From Moniliella sp. 'wahieum' (lineage: Eukaryota): a DNA stretch of 64,000 nt. The stretch covers positions 434,001 through 498,000 of the forward strand of contig RSEE01000023.1 of assembly GCA_003971905.1 (NCBI GenBank), given 5' to 3'. How positions within the stretch are numbered: position 1 is the stretch's first letter; the number at the start of each line of letters is the position of its first letter. Positions 39,840-51,842 of this stretch are shown here, piece by piece. The translations under genes were made by a program, and so were the position numbers. A model generated the notes under the pieces. The model did no database searches and was not told where the DNA came from. It saw only the letters and a list, made by a program, of their open reading frames with translations.

Positions 39840-39907
39840 TGAAGCTTGAAGCTTGAAGCTTGAAGCTTGAAGCTTGAAGCTCGAAGCTTGAAGCTTGAAG
39901 CTTGAAG
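39840..39907. repeat. (GAAGCTT)n heptamer array, about 9 units
   Basis: gaagcttgaagcttgaagcttgaagc... read directly. Confidence 0.95.
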
Positions 39908-39914
39908 TACTTTT

Positions 39915-41552
39915 TGTTGGCCTAGGGAGCCGGACGGGCAGAAGGATGAGGAGAAGGTGATGGATTGGAGCCAGAGTTGGGTCTGGGTACAGAGGCATCT
40001 ATATAGGAGGCTGGACTAGGCACAGGGACAGTGAGTCACACAGGAGAGAGTGCAGGGCACAGGGACAGTGACACGCAGGGACGTCAGCGTGGAAGCCGAT
40101 GGAACCGAGGCGAACCTGGTCTACCGACTGGGAGCCAGAGGATCACAGTCAACATGTTGACTGTGATCCTCTGGCTCCCAGTCGGTAGTACCAGGTTCGC
40201 CTCGGTTCCATCGGCTTCCACGCTGACGTCCCTGCGTGTCACTGTCCCTGTGCCCTGCACTCTCTCCTGGTGACTCACTGTCCCTGTGCCTAGTCCAGCC
40301 TCCTATATAGATGCCTCTGTACCCAGACCCAACTCTGGCTCCAATCCATCACCTTCTCCTCATCCTTCTGCCCGTCCGGCTCCCTAGGCCAACAGAGCTA
40401 CAATCTGATCCCCCCGGAAGGGGAGCGCTCTTCAAGCAAGCCCACCCCAAGCCTACAAGCCCAAGCTAAGCCGCCAAGCCCACAAGACACACCCGTCCTC
40501 CCGCCCAACAACACCACCGCCACAATCGGCACCTTACCGCCACAATCGGCATACTACCGCCACAATCGGCATACTACCGCCACAATCGGCACACTCGTCC
40601 CCCACAGATGGGGCAATGATTTTTAGGGACAACACACGACGGAACAAAACGTGTCGGGTATCGTCAACGAGACGAAATTCCTCCAACGACAAAACGGCGC
40701 AGGCGAATCGCAGAAAGCGGGGGTGGCTGCTCATCAAGTGCCCCACCCACGGCTACACGCCCCGGATTGCCAATTCATCCGGGGCACCTGGGGAAAGGAT
40801 GGGGGGGGGTGGTCACCCAACTTCTTCCACTCCTCTTTTCAACAACAAAGAGAACCCAAACAGATCAAGACGGTTGACGCATAGCGCCGTTCATTTCCCA
40901 TGCCCAATGGACCCCACTGGCACCAGGCATGCGGAACCAAACAACTACCAAACGCATCCAATTTTGATGCCAAACGACCTTGGACCGCATTTACTCCAAG
41001 TTTCCAATTTTCTTTCACTACACCTATAACTGGTGCTTTTTACTTTTGCCCACCAAATCGCTTCGGGGCGCAACCCCTACTACTTTTACTTCTAAGACTT
41101 CTACAAGCATCTGGCGGTCGCACAATACACCAACCACAAGCGCTCGGCTCGTTCAGGTGTCATCCTGGACAGCGGGGGTGTAGGCCAGTCGTGTGGCCAT
41201 GCACAACTCCAGGCCATTCGTCCCGGTTGCCACTCAAGTCCTCCCCTCTCTACATCCACTGGCAGGAGCTCATCCCACAACCGATGTCTCCGGGTTCCCT
41301 GGCCAGCGGGGGTGTTGACTGTGATCCTCTGGCTCCCAGTCGGTAGACCAGGTTCGCCTCGGTTCCATCGGCTTCCACGCTGACGTCCCTGCGTGTCACT
41401 GTCCCTGTGCCCTGCACTCTCTCCTGTGTGACTCACTGTCCCTGTGCCTAGTCCAGCCTCCTATATAGATGCCTCTGTACCCAGACCCAACTCTGGCTCC
41501 AATCCATCACCTTCTCCTCATCCTTCTGCCCGTCCGGCTCCCTAGGCCAACA
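39915..41552 (+). mobile_element. Non-autonomous LTR retroelement (TRIM-like) with an extra inverted LTR; LTRs at 39915-40154 (inverted), 40155-40394 and 41313-41552
   Basis: Three near-identical 240-bp copies TGTTG...CAACA; CTATATAG in the LTR; purine run AGCGGGGG before the 3' LTR; CTTTT duplicated at 39910-39914 and 41553-41557; 918-bp internal region without recognisable gag/pol. Confidence 0.88.
40516..40591 (+). repeat. 20-bp tandem repeat x4 inside the LTR element
   Basis: ACCGCCACAATCGGCA(cctt/tact) repeated four times. Confidence 0.9.
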
Positions 41553-42060
41553 CTTTTGAACGAAGAAAGAACTCTGGGTCTGAATGTGAGGATGAGGCGC
41601 TGAGGGCGATAGCAAGTCCCGTCTATTCTGTCATTGAGACAGATGAAGATGGGCTGGGGCTGAAGCTCTGAAGCTTGAGACGCAGCTCACTGATGGAGGA
41701 TGCACTGTTGTTGGGGAGTGGAGGTCATGTCGACGATTATCGATCATCGAATCGCTCAATATATGATCACCCGGCTATCGACTGCCGCTTGCAAGTGAAC
41801 ACGACTAATTATAACAGGACCTAGCAGCGGCTGGCGTTGACCGATGATCAATCGATCAATATCAATATCGTGTTCCTGATGAAGCAGCGCCGACACTGCT
41901 CGGGTGGCTCGGGTGGCTCGGGTGCGTTTGTGCGCAGCACACTTCCTCTGCGCAGCATGAATGCCAAGCGTCTCACGCTGAGGCGCAGGGCGTTGCTGGC
42001 ACTTGGGCTTCTAACCCCACCGCTGCTTCCGCCTCTCCTCCTCCAACCCTTTCCCTCACC

Positions 42061-43400
42061 ATGGCCGACAGCGGTCCACTCGGGCCACCGTCCCTCTCGA
42101 AGGAACGGCCACCCTGCTCGCTGCCCCCTTCGCCGCTCCCCTCACCGCCGCCTTCTGCCCCACTCTCCCTGTCCCCGGCCTCCTCCGACGCCTCGTCGTC
42201 TTACGCTTCAGTTCTGCCAGGCCCCCTGCCGGCGTGGCGAGCCTCGACACCGCTTTGGTCCCTTGCCTCCCTTCGTATCGTGCTGCGTGTCGGCCTGCTG
42301 TTCCTCCTTTCTACCGCCGTGGTAGTGGGCAGCCTGTTGAGCCTGCCTGTGAGCCTGCCCACAACGCACGGACACGGCCTCCATGCTCTCACCCACCTCA
42401 CCCTTCCTGAAATTCGCGCCATGGCCAGTGGACTCAGGACCTACGCCCACTCTACGTGGTCCGCCGCCGTCCACACTTGGCTCGCCCTCGCCTTGCTTTA
42501 CCTGTGGAAGCAGGCTTGGACCATTCCCGGCGCGCTGATTCTCAACGTATTTCTCGGTATGCTCTATGGCACCTATGCCGCCACCCTGTACACATCGTTC
42601 CTCACTTCCACGGGGGGGTCCTCTGTTATCTCCTTTGCCTCCCGCTGGGCCCCGTGCTGGACCAGCTGCCGGGCGTACAAAAGCCTTTGAGGGCCGTACG
42701 TAGTGCTCTACCCGCCAAGGGGGAACCCCGTTCGATCGGCACCTACCTTCTTCTCCTTCGCCTTGTGCCCGTGGTTCCGTGGGGGGCCCCATGAACATGT
42801 GCTGTGCTATGCTTCGCATTCCTCTTCTGGCCTTTTGGTCTTCCTTCCTGCTGGGAAGTGTGCCGTGGAACGTGGTCACGACCCAGGTAGGTGAAATCCT
42901 GCACGATCTATTGGACGCGACGGCCCAGTCAGCCGTGGAACCGGGTACGACTGGGATGCACTTTATCACAGCCAAATTGTATTCCCCTGAGATGGTGATC
43001 AAGCTGGTTTTGTTGACCGTAGCCTCGCTCGTGCCGATGGCTGTGCAGTACCTGCTCAAGCGCCGACGCCAACAGGAACCTGACCCAGCCCCTTACGGTC
43101 GCCTCGACAATCTCGTTCCAGCTGAGAACGAGGCCGACCTGTCGTCGTCTTCACTCGCTCCGTGGCATGCTCCCATCCCCCTCTCCCTCTTTCCCCGCAC
43201 CATCGTTCGACCCATACCAAATCACCTTCATTTCCTCCCCGCACGCCTTCCCCTCGCACTGGCACCTTTTGACCCCACACCTGCACGCATGACACCCTCT
43301 TGGTCACCGTGTCCTTGTTCCTGCCCTGCGTCTGGTACGCACAGGCTTTCCATTTCTCTTCTATGCACCTGCCCCCCCCCTCGAAGCTTCACTGCCTTGA
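42061..43400 (+). CDS. SNARE-associated Golgi protein / DedA-TMEM41 family (Tvp38-like); 3' end uncertain
   Basis: LYLWKQAWTIPGALILNVFLGMLYG, YLLLLRLVPVVPW..MN, FWSSFLLGSVPWN. Confidence 0.82.
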
Positions 43401-44263
43401 TGGCCAGCCACCCCCTGTTCCATTGTACAGTAATATTCACATGCCATTGCATCTTCCTTTTCCCGCGCCGCACACCTCCGTTGCACAACCGTCAATCCGT
43501 CCCCTCACTTAGGGTTGAAGAACGTGTCCAATTAGGCGCCGGTGCTCAGTTAGCTTGCCCGCCCGGGGGTTGGGGGTACAGTCCCTTAGGAGACGGTAGG
43601 TCGACTCACGGTAGTTCGGGGCTTCTTGGGCTGGTTGGTGAATCCGAGCGGGGCGAGGGACGAGGAGGATGCAGAGGTGGACCAGCACTGCCTCAAATGA
43701 GACGGGATAGAGACTGGAAATAGACGCGGCCGAAGGATGGCTCGCGGACTGGACTGATAAAGTGCTGGAGGAGGAGGTCGGGAGAGTAATCGGGAGCTAA
43801 CACAAGAGGAGTCTGCCCGTGCTGGATCAATTGGTTGGAAAACGGGCAGAAGTCGGACAGGATAAGTGGGAAAGGACGAGAGGGTGGAAGAGAGGGATGA
43901 CGAGAGAGGACGAGAAGGGAAGGTGGGGGAATGGATCCACATCAACCTGGGGTACAGGCAAGATCAAAAGGGAAACGGACACAAGAGGGGGTGTAGAAAG
44001 GAAGGCCCATCAAAAGAGAGGTTGGTCACCGCAGGCGCGACCGAGAAAGGAAAAGAAACGGGGACTCCCATACACGTCCGGGAGCGTATGGTGTGATAAG
44101 TAGACGGGCAGAATAGGGGAATGGGCGATTAGTGTAATGGAGGCGATTGAGGCGATTGAGGCGATTGAGGCGATTGAGGCGAGGTATCTTGCCGTGGTTA
44201 GTCAGTCGAGTTGGCCGGGCCTGGGACTGGGACTGACAAGAAGAGAAGAAAGGAAGTTAGGTT

Positions 44264-46697
44264 CTAAGTCCACCCGCACGTCACAGCGTCGCCAACTCGC
44301 TCTACCTGAGCCAACCAGTATACTGTCGGAAAATACAACATACCGAACGGAGTGACCAATGTACGGTTATTGGCATCGCCCCTGCCAGAAAATAAGGCAG
44401 GTGACCACCTTGCAGGTTCGCTTGTTCTCCCGCTCGGCGTCCCTGCCATGTTGCCCCTATCTGTGGATCCCCAAGAGCCGCTTAGGAGGGAAGACTGAGC
44501 AGCGCGCCATGGTTGCAAGGTGCTCGTGTGCCTCCGTTCGCTCTGGTCCAATGTGCGAGGCGGCGAATGACCCGTCACGGCCGTCGTCACTGGCTTGGAC
44601 ACCGCACGAGGGACCCACGTGGCTGATACCACTCGATGCGCATCCATTGCCTTTGCGATAGTAGCCAAAGTCAGCGGGATTGGCAACGATTCGGGCACCT
44701 TCTGAGCGTCGCTGATGAGCGGATTTATCGCTTGGCCGTACTCGCGCGTGCGCAGGGGCAGGGTGATCACGTTGCGTTCCAAGTTGGCCCTTTCGGCCGC
44801 ATCGTCCAATTGGAACTGGCTTTTTGAACCACCTGGTGTCCGTGCCTTGCGTCCCAACCGCTGGCCCCATTCCAACGATTACGATCGACAGACTGATCGC
44901 CACGCTCGGCCGGAAGAGAAAGGTAATGAGATTGGTGCTGGACAAAGAAGACGCGGAAAACAGGCCCAGACGGGCAGGGGCAGGCCCATTACGTAGCCAA
45001 CGCCTTGCGTCCTGATTCGGCCGGATCCACTCCATATCAATCCGAACAGCTGCATTGGCGCGCATGCGCTCCGAGACTGAAGAAAAAACCAACCTCGTAT
45101 CGCCCCAGTGCCCTAACGCCTGGATCAGCTCGTCCCAGCTCTCGGCACGAACAACAAAGAACGGATACTGGGGTTCCCCTTCAGTTGGTCCGATCATTAG
45201 GGGGGCACCCTGCCGAGGATCCCGGAAGAGGGCAATGGTGTTGGGAAGGGCGGAACAGGTCTCTGCGGATGCGGATGGGATGTGGATGCGGATGCGGATG
45301 CGGATGCGGAGGGTCGGGTCGAGTCCACACAGACGTCCGCGTCGCAGCCGCATTTTGCGGGGAAGAAGAGAGTTGAGGATCAAATGGTGTCCGGGTCCAG
45401 CCCCACTCGATGAAGGGACTCGAGCCCGTCCGTGATTGGACCCGGTGGAAAGCCTCCCTGGTGATTGCGCTAGCATCAGTACCATAAAGGGGATGCTCGT
45501 TGGGAGGCCGAACCGAAGCCTGCTGAGCTCCTGGGTGTGAGTCCGAAATGGAGCGTTGGGCCGAGGAGGGAGACGGCGGGCGTGGTTTGCGGAAAGGAAG
45601 AGACTGGCTCCGCCCAACACCTTCGTGATGCGAGGGTTCTGGGTTCTCCCATGGCCGCCCCGAGGAAGAGATGGGTGAGTCGTAGAGAATTGGGGAACGC
45701 ATATGCTGATCTGAGGGCGTAATAATCAGGGGGGGAGATGGATGAGAGTTACTTTGGGGTTGTGCACACAGCACTTCAGCCCAAAACGCATCTTCTGCCT
45801 GGTCACGCCACCAGCATTCGAACTCGTACTCGCGTTGACTCGCTTCCATGGCTCGCTTTGTATCGCGTTCAAACGCTTCTTCTTGTTGCCTATCGAATTC
45901 CCCGGGTTTTGCTGCTTCCGCACGCGAAGCGGCCGAGGCGAGATGTAAATCCCTTTCCTTGAGTGGGTTTTCGCGCGCTTGCTCTTGCGCTTCAAGGCGT
46001 GAAATCTCTAGGGCCAACGCCAGCTGATGGTCAGGGTCCCAAATGTTATCATGTGTCTGACCTTGCTCTTCCTCCTCCACTGGAGCAGGGGCCATAGTAA
46101 CAACTTGCTGCTGCGCCATTCCTTCCTCCGCTTCTCGTCGCGCTTCCTCCTCCTTCCTAATAGTCGCCAAAGAAGCAGCAATAGCTCTGCGTAAGTCAGG
46201 ATCTTCATCTTCGGGGTGCGCTTCGTCCTCGTTCTTGTCATCGTCATCGTCATCGTAATCGTTATCGTCATGGCCATTGTCGGCTTCGTTATTGTCCGCT
46301 TCTTCGTCATTGTTGTAATGAGCGACATGATTGTCATGGCCCTCGCTCTGAGCACTGTGATTGGCGTCGTTGGCGTCGGTGATGACAAACATATCGTTGT
46401 CGTTGTCTTCATCGTGGTCCCTGAGGGAGACCAAGGAATCGTGAGAGATGTGAGAAAGAGGATAATTCCAAACAGAATGATGAGGGGAAGGGGAAGGGGA
46501 AGGGGGAGGATAAGAGGAAGAGATGGGCGCAGCAGAAGAGACAGGCACAGAAGGGGAAGTAGGGTTTGGTTCCGAGTCGATTCTGGAATGGCTGGACACT
46601 CTTCCTTGTCCAGCGATGCGCGAGGCGGGCCTTCAATCACCTGGATTGTTGCCACCCTTGACAGCAGGGACGCTTTTGTGCGATGGTGCTGCGACAT
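44264..46697 (-). CDS. Acidic low-complexity protein with several ubiquitin-interacting motif (UIM)-like repeats; ends approximate
   Basis: EDEDPDLRRAIAASL, DPDHQLALALEISRLE, ERDLHLASAASRAE, ERDTKRAMEASQRE fit the acidic-Lxx-AxxxS UIM pattern; downstream ORF pieces run to ~44264. Confidence 0.6.
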
Positions 46698-47664
46698 GTG
46701 GGTATATAGAGCAGTGGAGCGTGTAGTAGTTGTGCAGAGAACCGATGTGGAGGAGGGGCGTGGGGAGGGTTAGACCAGCGTGGGTAGTGAGCTTGCTATC
46801 ACTGGAATGTGTGTTGGGTTATTGGTGGTGGGGAGGAGTGGTAGTGAAGATGGAGAGTGGTAGTGAAGATGGAGTGGTAGTGAAGATGGAGTGGTAGTGA
46901 AGATGGAGCGGTTGAAGGGGAGGTGTGTTGGTGACAGTAAATCAGGGGCGTGATCGGCAGAAGGGTCTATATACTCTCTCGGGGTCAGAGAGAGGAGAGT
47001 GAAGGCTGATGGAGAGTGTTCCAGTGTGAGAGGGCCGCGATGAAATATGCTGCCATTGAGCTTGAAGCCTGTTGTGGGCCACACGGTTCAGAGCTTATTC
47101 TCTCCTCCTTGATATACACACACACCAACACACTACCCCGTGGGTATTCCTACAGTATACGTTCACCGCCGTCTCCCCCTATATTATCCATCACAACGTC
47201 TTCTCGACGCTGTTGCGGTCGCTATAGCTGTCGCATCTGTGACATAAGACAAAAGAACGAGTGGTATAGACAGTACGCGTGAGAGGGAGAGGAGATGAGG
47301 GTTTGGATCCAAGAGAGTGAGGAAAGAGAGAGAGGTGCCCTGTTAGACGTTAGGGGCAGAACATATAGGGGAGAGTCGTCTAGACCAGCGCCACAACCGA
47401 CCGGTGATGTGGAACCAGCTATACAGTCGTGATGCATGGTGCATGATCCATGATCGATGATGCATGATGCATGATGGCGCTGACAGCACCGCGACTGCCG
47501 CTGCAGTTTATATTCAGTTGCCTCCTGGGCCGATTAGGCGCAGCCTGTCTCTTTGTCCCAGCCTGAAGTTCTGAATGATGTGGCTGCTGTACGGTGTATA
47601 GACACGAGCATGACATTCTAGATGGTCCTTGTTGAACCGCGGGTGCCTCGTGCCTTGGCCCATG

Positions 47665-47860
47665 TCCTTTCAGTTCCTCCTCAGGCCTAGAAGTAATACC
47701 GCTGTTTTCTCTCTGTTTTTTTCTTTACTTGTCCCGCAACTGAGCCCCTGATGGCGACTCGCTACTTGATGTTCCTCTGTAGGCATTGCTGGTTGCCACA
47801 CCACCACCGCCAGTGCGATTGCACCACTCTTGAGGACCATCCGGACTACAGATCTCATCA
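47665..47860 (+). repeat. Degenerate dispersed repeat, copy 2
   Basis: Same core (TTGATGTTCCT at 47766-47776) as 10716-10990. Confidence 0.6.
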
Positions 47861-48053
47861 GGCCTCATGTTCTCAGACCTCTGTCCTCTCTTCAACGCGT
47901 CGGCTTCAGTATCTGCTACATACTCGAGAATCCCACCTGCAAAGCTCAACACCAACACCACAGCGTCATCGCATCATCCATCCCCCCATCATCAATTCCA
48001 GTCATCAACAAAGCAGCCTTGAAGGCTTTGGTAGGAAGGGGAGAAAAAGAGAA

Positions 48054-48151
48054 TGACGAGAGTGGGATTCGAACCCACGCCCGGAGGACTGCGGTTTTAA
48101 AGTTTGGAGCCACCTTAACACAGCGCGTTAGACCACTTTCGCTATCTCGCC
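48054..48151 (-). tRNA. tRNA-Leu(AAG) with an 18-nt intron
   Basis: GGCGAGA/TCTCGTC acceptor, A73; D arm GCG..TGGTCTAA..CGC; CTGTG-TTAAGG-intron-C-CGCAG; long variable arm; GTGGG TTCGAAT CCCAC; downstream T-run. Confidence 0.9.
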
Positions 48152-48368
48152 GCATGAGATGCCATAGTGGGATTATGAGGGGCGGGGGACGGATGGAGGT
48201 GCGACAGGTGTATACGCTGGTGGGCCATGTGGGTAGGAGTGGGCGTGAGGATGAGGACCGTCAATCAAGTTGGTCAACCCATCAATCAGCCTCTCTCATG
48301 CCGACTACTACTTTTACCACGTTCGGCGTCCGCCCAGGCACTCCATGGCCCTGCCTCAGGTGGCCCTC

Positions 48369-49443
48369 TCAGATCTCAGGCCTCTCATCCTGCCTCGCAC
48401 GGCCTCGCACGTGCTGTGTGGTGCTGTCACGCCCCCAGGTAGGGTTCGCACCTGCGCGGCCCCTCTGCGTCGGTCGTACTGCGTGTTCGTCTTCTTCCTT
48501 GTTGCAGTCATCGATCATCTTCGGACGCAAACACTTCAGCCCAAAACGCTTCCTCCCGGTCACGCTGCTGGCGTTCGGCCAGGTAATGGTCATGGTGGTA
48601 TTGACTCAGATCCATGGCTAGCCTCAGCTCCCAGATAAACTCCAACAGCTCTTCTTGTGCATGGCGTTCCAGGGATTCTACTTCCATATGCGAAGCGGCC
48701 AAGGCGACCTGTAACTCCCTTTCCTCGAGTGTGTTTTCGCGCGCTTGCTCTTGCGCTTCACGGCGTGAATTCTCTAGGGCCAACGCCAGCTCAGGGTCAG
48801 GATCCGAAATGTTATCATGTGTCTGGCCTTGCTGCTCTTCCTCCTCCACTGGAACAGGGGCCATACTAACAACTTGCTGCTGCGCCATTCGTTCCGCTTC
48901 TCGTCGCGCTTCTTCCCGTTCAGTTTGCTCTCGCGCTGACTCGGCCAGAGCATCGTTTAGAGCCCGTTGCGCTTCCTCCTGCTCCCTTGTATCCGCCAAA
49001 GAGGCAGCGACAGCTCTGAGAAACTCGGGATCTTCGTCTTCGGTTTCGGTTTCGTCTTCGGTTTCGGTTTCGTCTTCGTCTTCGGTTTCGTCTTCGTCTT
49101 CGGTTTCGTCTTCGGTTTCGGTTTCCTCTTCGGTTTCGCTTTCATCATCGTCATGGTCATCGTCATCGAGTTGAGCGGTGTTATTGGCGTCGTTGGCATC
49201 GCTCAGGCCAAACATATCATTCTCGTCTTCAGGGGAAGGGAAAGGATGCGGGAACGGGAGTAGAGAAGGGAGGGGAAGGGAGGAAGGGGGAGGGGAATAA
49301 GCAGGGCATAGTCCACTGGGTCGTTTCGGGAATAAGGAGGAAGCTCTTCGTACTCCGCCAATGCGCGAGGCTCAGGATCATGCACTCGGATTGATGACAG
49401 ACTTGTCAGAAGCAATGTTCTGGCGCGGGAGGGGATAGGGCAT
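48369..49443 (-). CDS. Shorter paralog of the UIM-rich gene with an expanded (ETEDED)n tract; possibly a pseudogene
   Basis: DEDPEFLRAVAASL, MAQQQVVSMAPVPVEEEE.QGQTHDNI.DPD..LALALE.SR.EAQEQAREN and AFWAEV are shared with 44264-46697; lacks that gene's C-terminal half. Confidence 0.6.
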
Positions 49444-50514
49444 GAATATAGAGCGCAAGTGGAGATAGATGCAGGGCCGGTGTGGAGGGGGAAGACCAAC
49501 TGCGCGGGCGATATGCTTGCTGCCACGGAATTGTTTATTGGGTTGGTGGAGAACAGAGACCGAGGATGAGCGATGAGATCTGAGAGCGGATGGAGGAGTG
49601 CGGGAGGAAATAAACCAAGAGGATAAAGCTACTAATAAGCTGGATCTCGACAGGGTCATATATATACTTGGCGTCTCTACTTCAATTCTCCGCCACATAG
49701 TGTGGCCCCTGGTGAGATGCGATTTTGTTGCGTCCCAGCACGACTAGTGAGACGCAAAAGGGGGATTGAAGACTAGTAACATGAGAGAGGGTCGAGAAAG
49801 ACGCTTCCATTGGGCGTGTACCTGGGCCACACGATTCGGAGCTTAAGCGCTTGGTGATGCATCCTAATGCGCATTCTGATATGACTTACAGAACTTAACT
49901 GGCTGCGCCAAACAAACGCTGCGCTTAAACCGTCTTGCCCATCCGCCGTGTGCTGCTTTTATTTTGGCGTCAAAAGGACAGCACCGCGGGGTCGCCAACA
50001 GACCAGTGCCCTCTGGCTCCACCGTCCTTTCCTCTCAAACAGGCTGTAGCGCGCGTGGATAAGAATGAGCGTGTGTGGTAGATATGTCTGCCATATAAGT
50101 GGTGAACGTCCGGCCGGTGAACCATCTCCAACGAGATCAATGAGGCTCTTCATCAGTTAGCTATAATATACTAAAGGGTAACAAGTAGGAGACCTTATAT
50201 GTAGCCGAGATTATACTATTAGTAGGATGGCGTTAGGCATCGCCCCAACAGCTCCGCCACGACGCATGCGGACGAGGCGGTGAGGGGCGAAGGGCACCAT
50301 GGCCAAGTAGCACCACACCACCAGCCTCGTGTGGGGAAGAGAGGCATGGGCGCAGGACGAAGGCTGCCGAAATTTATTATTGGCAACATATCTTTTCTTC
50401 GATGACAGCCTCCCCCCTCAGGGAGGGCAACTCGGGCTGCGTACGATTGGAAGAGCGCGAAGAGGTGGTGTCCGGGTTGACGAGGCATACACCGGCGTTG
50501 CGGTCCCAAGGTTG

Positions 50515-50640
50515 CGTTGGCTTCTATGCGGACAGAGGAACATCAAGCAGCCACAGTCGCCACCAGAGTCTAACTTGCGGAACAAGGAAAACAAGAGGGA
50601 GAAAAACAATGGAACTCCTACGCCCGAGGACTAAAAAGAG
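50515..50640 (-). repeat. Degenerate dispersed repeat, copy 3 (inverted)
   Basis: AGGAACATCAA at 50536-50546 plus flanks match the reverse complement of copies 1 and 2. Confidence 0.55.
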
Positions 50641-50995
50641 ACGTTTACCACCCACATATAACACGCGCGAACCCACGGTGGCTCAAATGTGGGTGGCTCA
50701 ACACACCAATAATTATGCGCGGTCCGATTGAGAGACGCTTCGGTGCTGTGAGAGTGATGATAATAGAAAAACGGTCGGCCCCCTCTCTCCTTGGATGAGG
50801 GAGGGTAGCTGGGCCGCAGGAGGGGGTCAAAACGCGCTGAATGCCGGCAGGGCAGCAGCTAGAGGCCAGAAAGACGTTGGCTGCGTGTGGCATGGCGTGT
50901 GCCTGTTGGTACAGAGGCTTTGCACTGTGCGCCGCGCCTGATGAGTTGCGGACAGTCTTCGCCAGGAAGCGTCAGGAGGGGAATGAAAAAGAAAG

Positions 50996-51086
50996 TGACG
51001 AGAGTGGGATTCGAACCCACGCCCCGGAGGACTGCGGTTAGGGGAACACCTTGACACAGCGCGTTAGACCACTTCGCTATCTCGCC
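50996..51086 (-). tRNA. tRNA-Leu with a short intron; anticodon AAG with C33 as assembled (or CAA if one T is missing)
   Basis: Body nearly identical to 48054-48151; loop reads CTGTG-TCAAGG-tgttcccctaa-C-CGCAG; downstream T-run. Confidence 0.82.
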
Positions 51087-51842
51087 GCGTGGGGGCTGGT
51101 CAATGTGCAGGTAGGTGGCAGGGGGATGGATGGGGGTGCGACGGGATGTGCGCTGGTGGTCCACATGTGCGTGAGAGCGCTAGTGAGTACGAGTACTGAG
51201 TACACTGAGTACTGAGTACACTGAGTAGTGAAGCTAGTGAGTACTGAGTCTCAGTAGTACGCCTCACTAGTTTCACTAGTTACTAGTTACTAGTTACTAG
51301 TCGCTGCTGAGCAGCAGTGTCGCGAGGCGCGCTGAACCTGGGCCTGAGCGCTGAGCAAGGGAGAGACGCGTGATGCGTGAGGATCGAGGACCGTCGATCA
51401 TCGATCATCGATCACACTTCCAGACGCGAGCAGGGGCTGGGGGCGGCTGAACGCGCGTTGCACCGATTGGTGCGGCGGCATGTCACTCTTCATCACATGC
51501 CGCCTGCAACTTCTACCAGCGTTCGGTATCCGCGGAGGCACTGTCGGGCGCTGGCAGCACTGCCTTGCCCGGCCGCCGCTGCGGCTGTGTGCTGCCGCCG
51601 CCCGGCTAGGGTTCGCCTCGGCGCGGCCCCCCTGCGTCTGACGTCATGTCAGCGATCGCCCGCGCGCACGGGGGCGCTGTGGGGCGCGGGCGGCTGTGCG
51701 GGCACCCGCCCGCTGTGCCCCCTGCGTCGCCCGGCTCTCGCGGCCGCAGCCAGCGCAGGCACTGCCCTCCCTCCTCGCCCTCGCCTCGCCTCGCCTCCAC
51801 TCGCCCCGCCCCGCCCCCCACCAACCCATCCCCATCCCACGC

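Noticed and set aside
40516..40591. CRISPR-like array
   Set aside because: Contiguous 20-bp tandem units with only 4 variable bases, no unique spacers, no cas genes, eukaryotic context
44139..46907. (GAGGCGATT)n, (GGATGC)n and the 17-bp GTGGTAGTGAAGATGGA repeats
   Set aside because: Ordinary micro- and minisatellites that do not follow the palindromic heptamer rule and show no further structure
49895..49950. tRNA-like 5' half on the minus strand (GGCGGATGGGCAAGACGGTTTAAGCGC)
   Set aside because: No T-arm or B-box and no matching acceptor strand found
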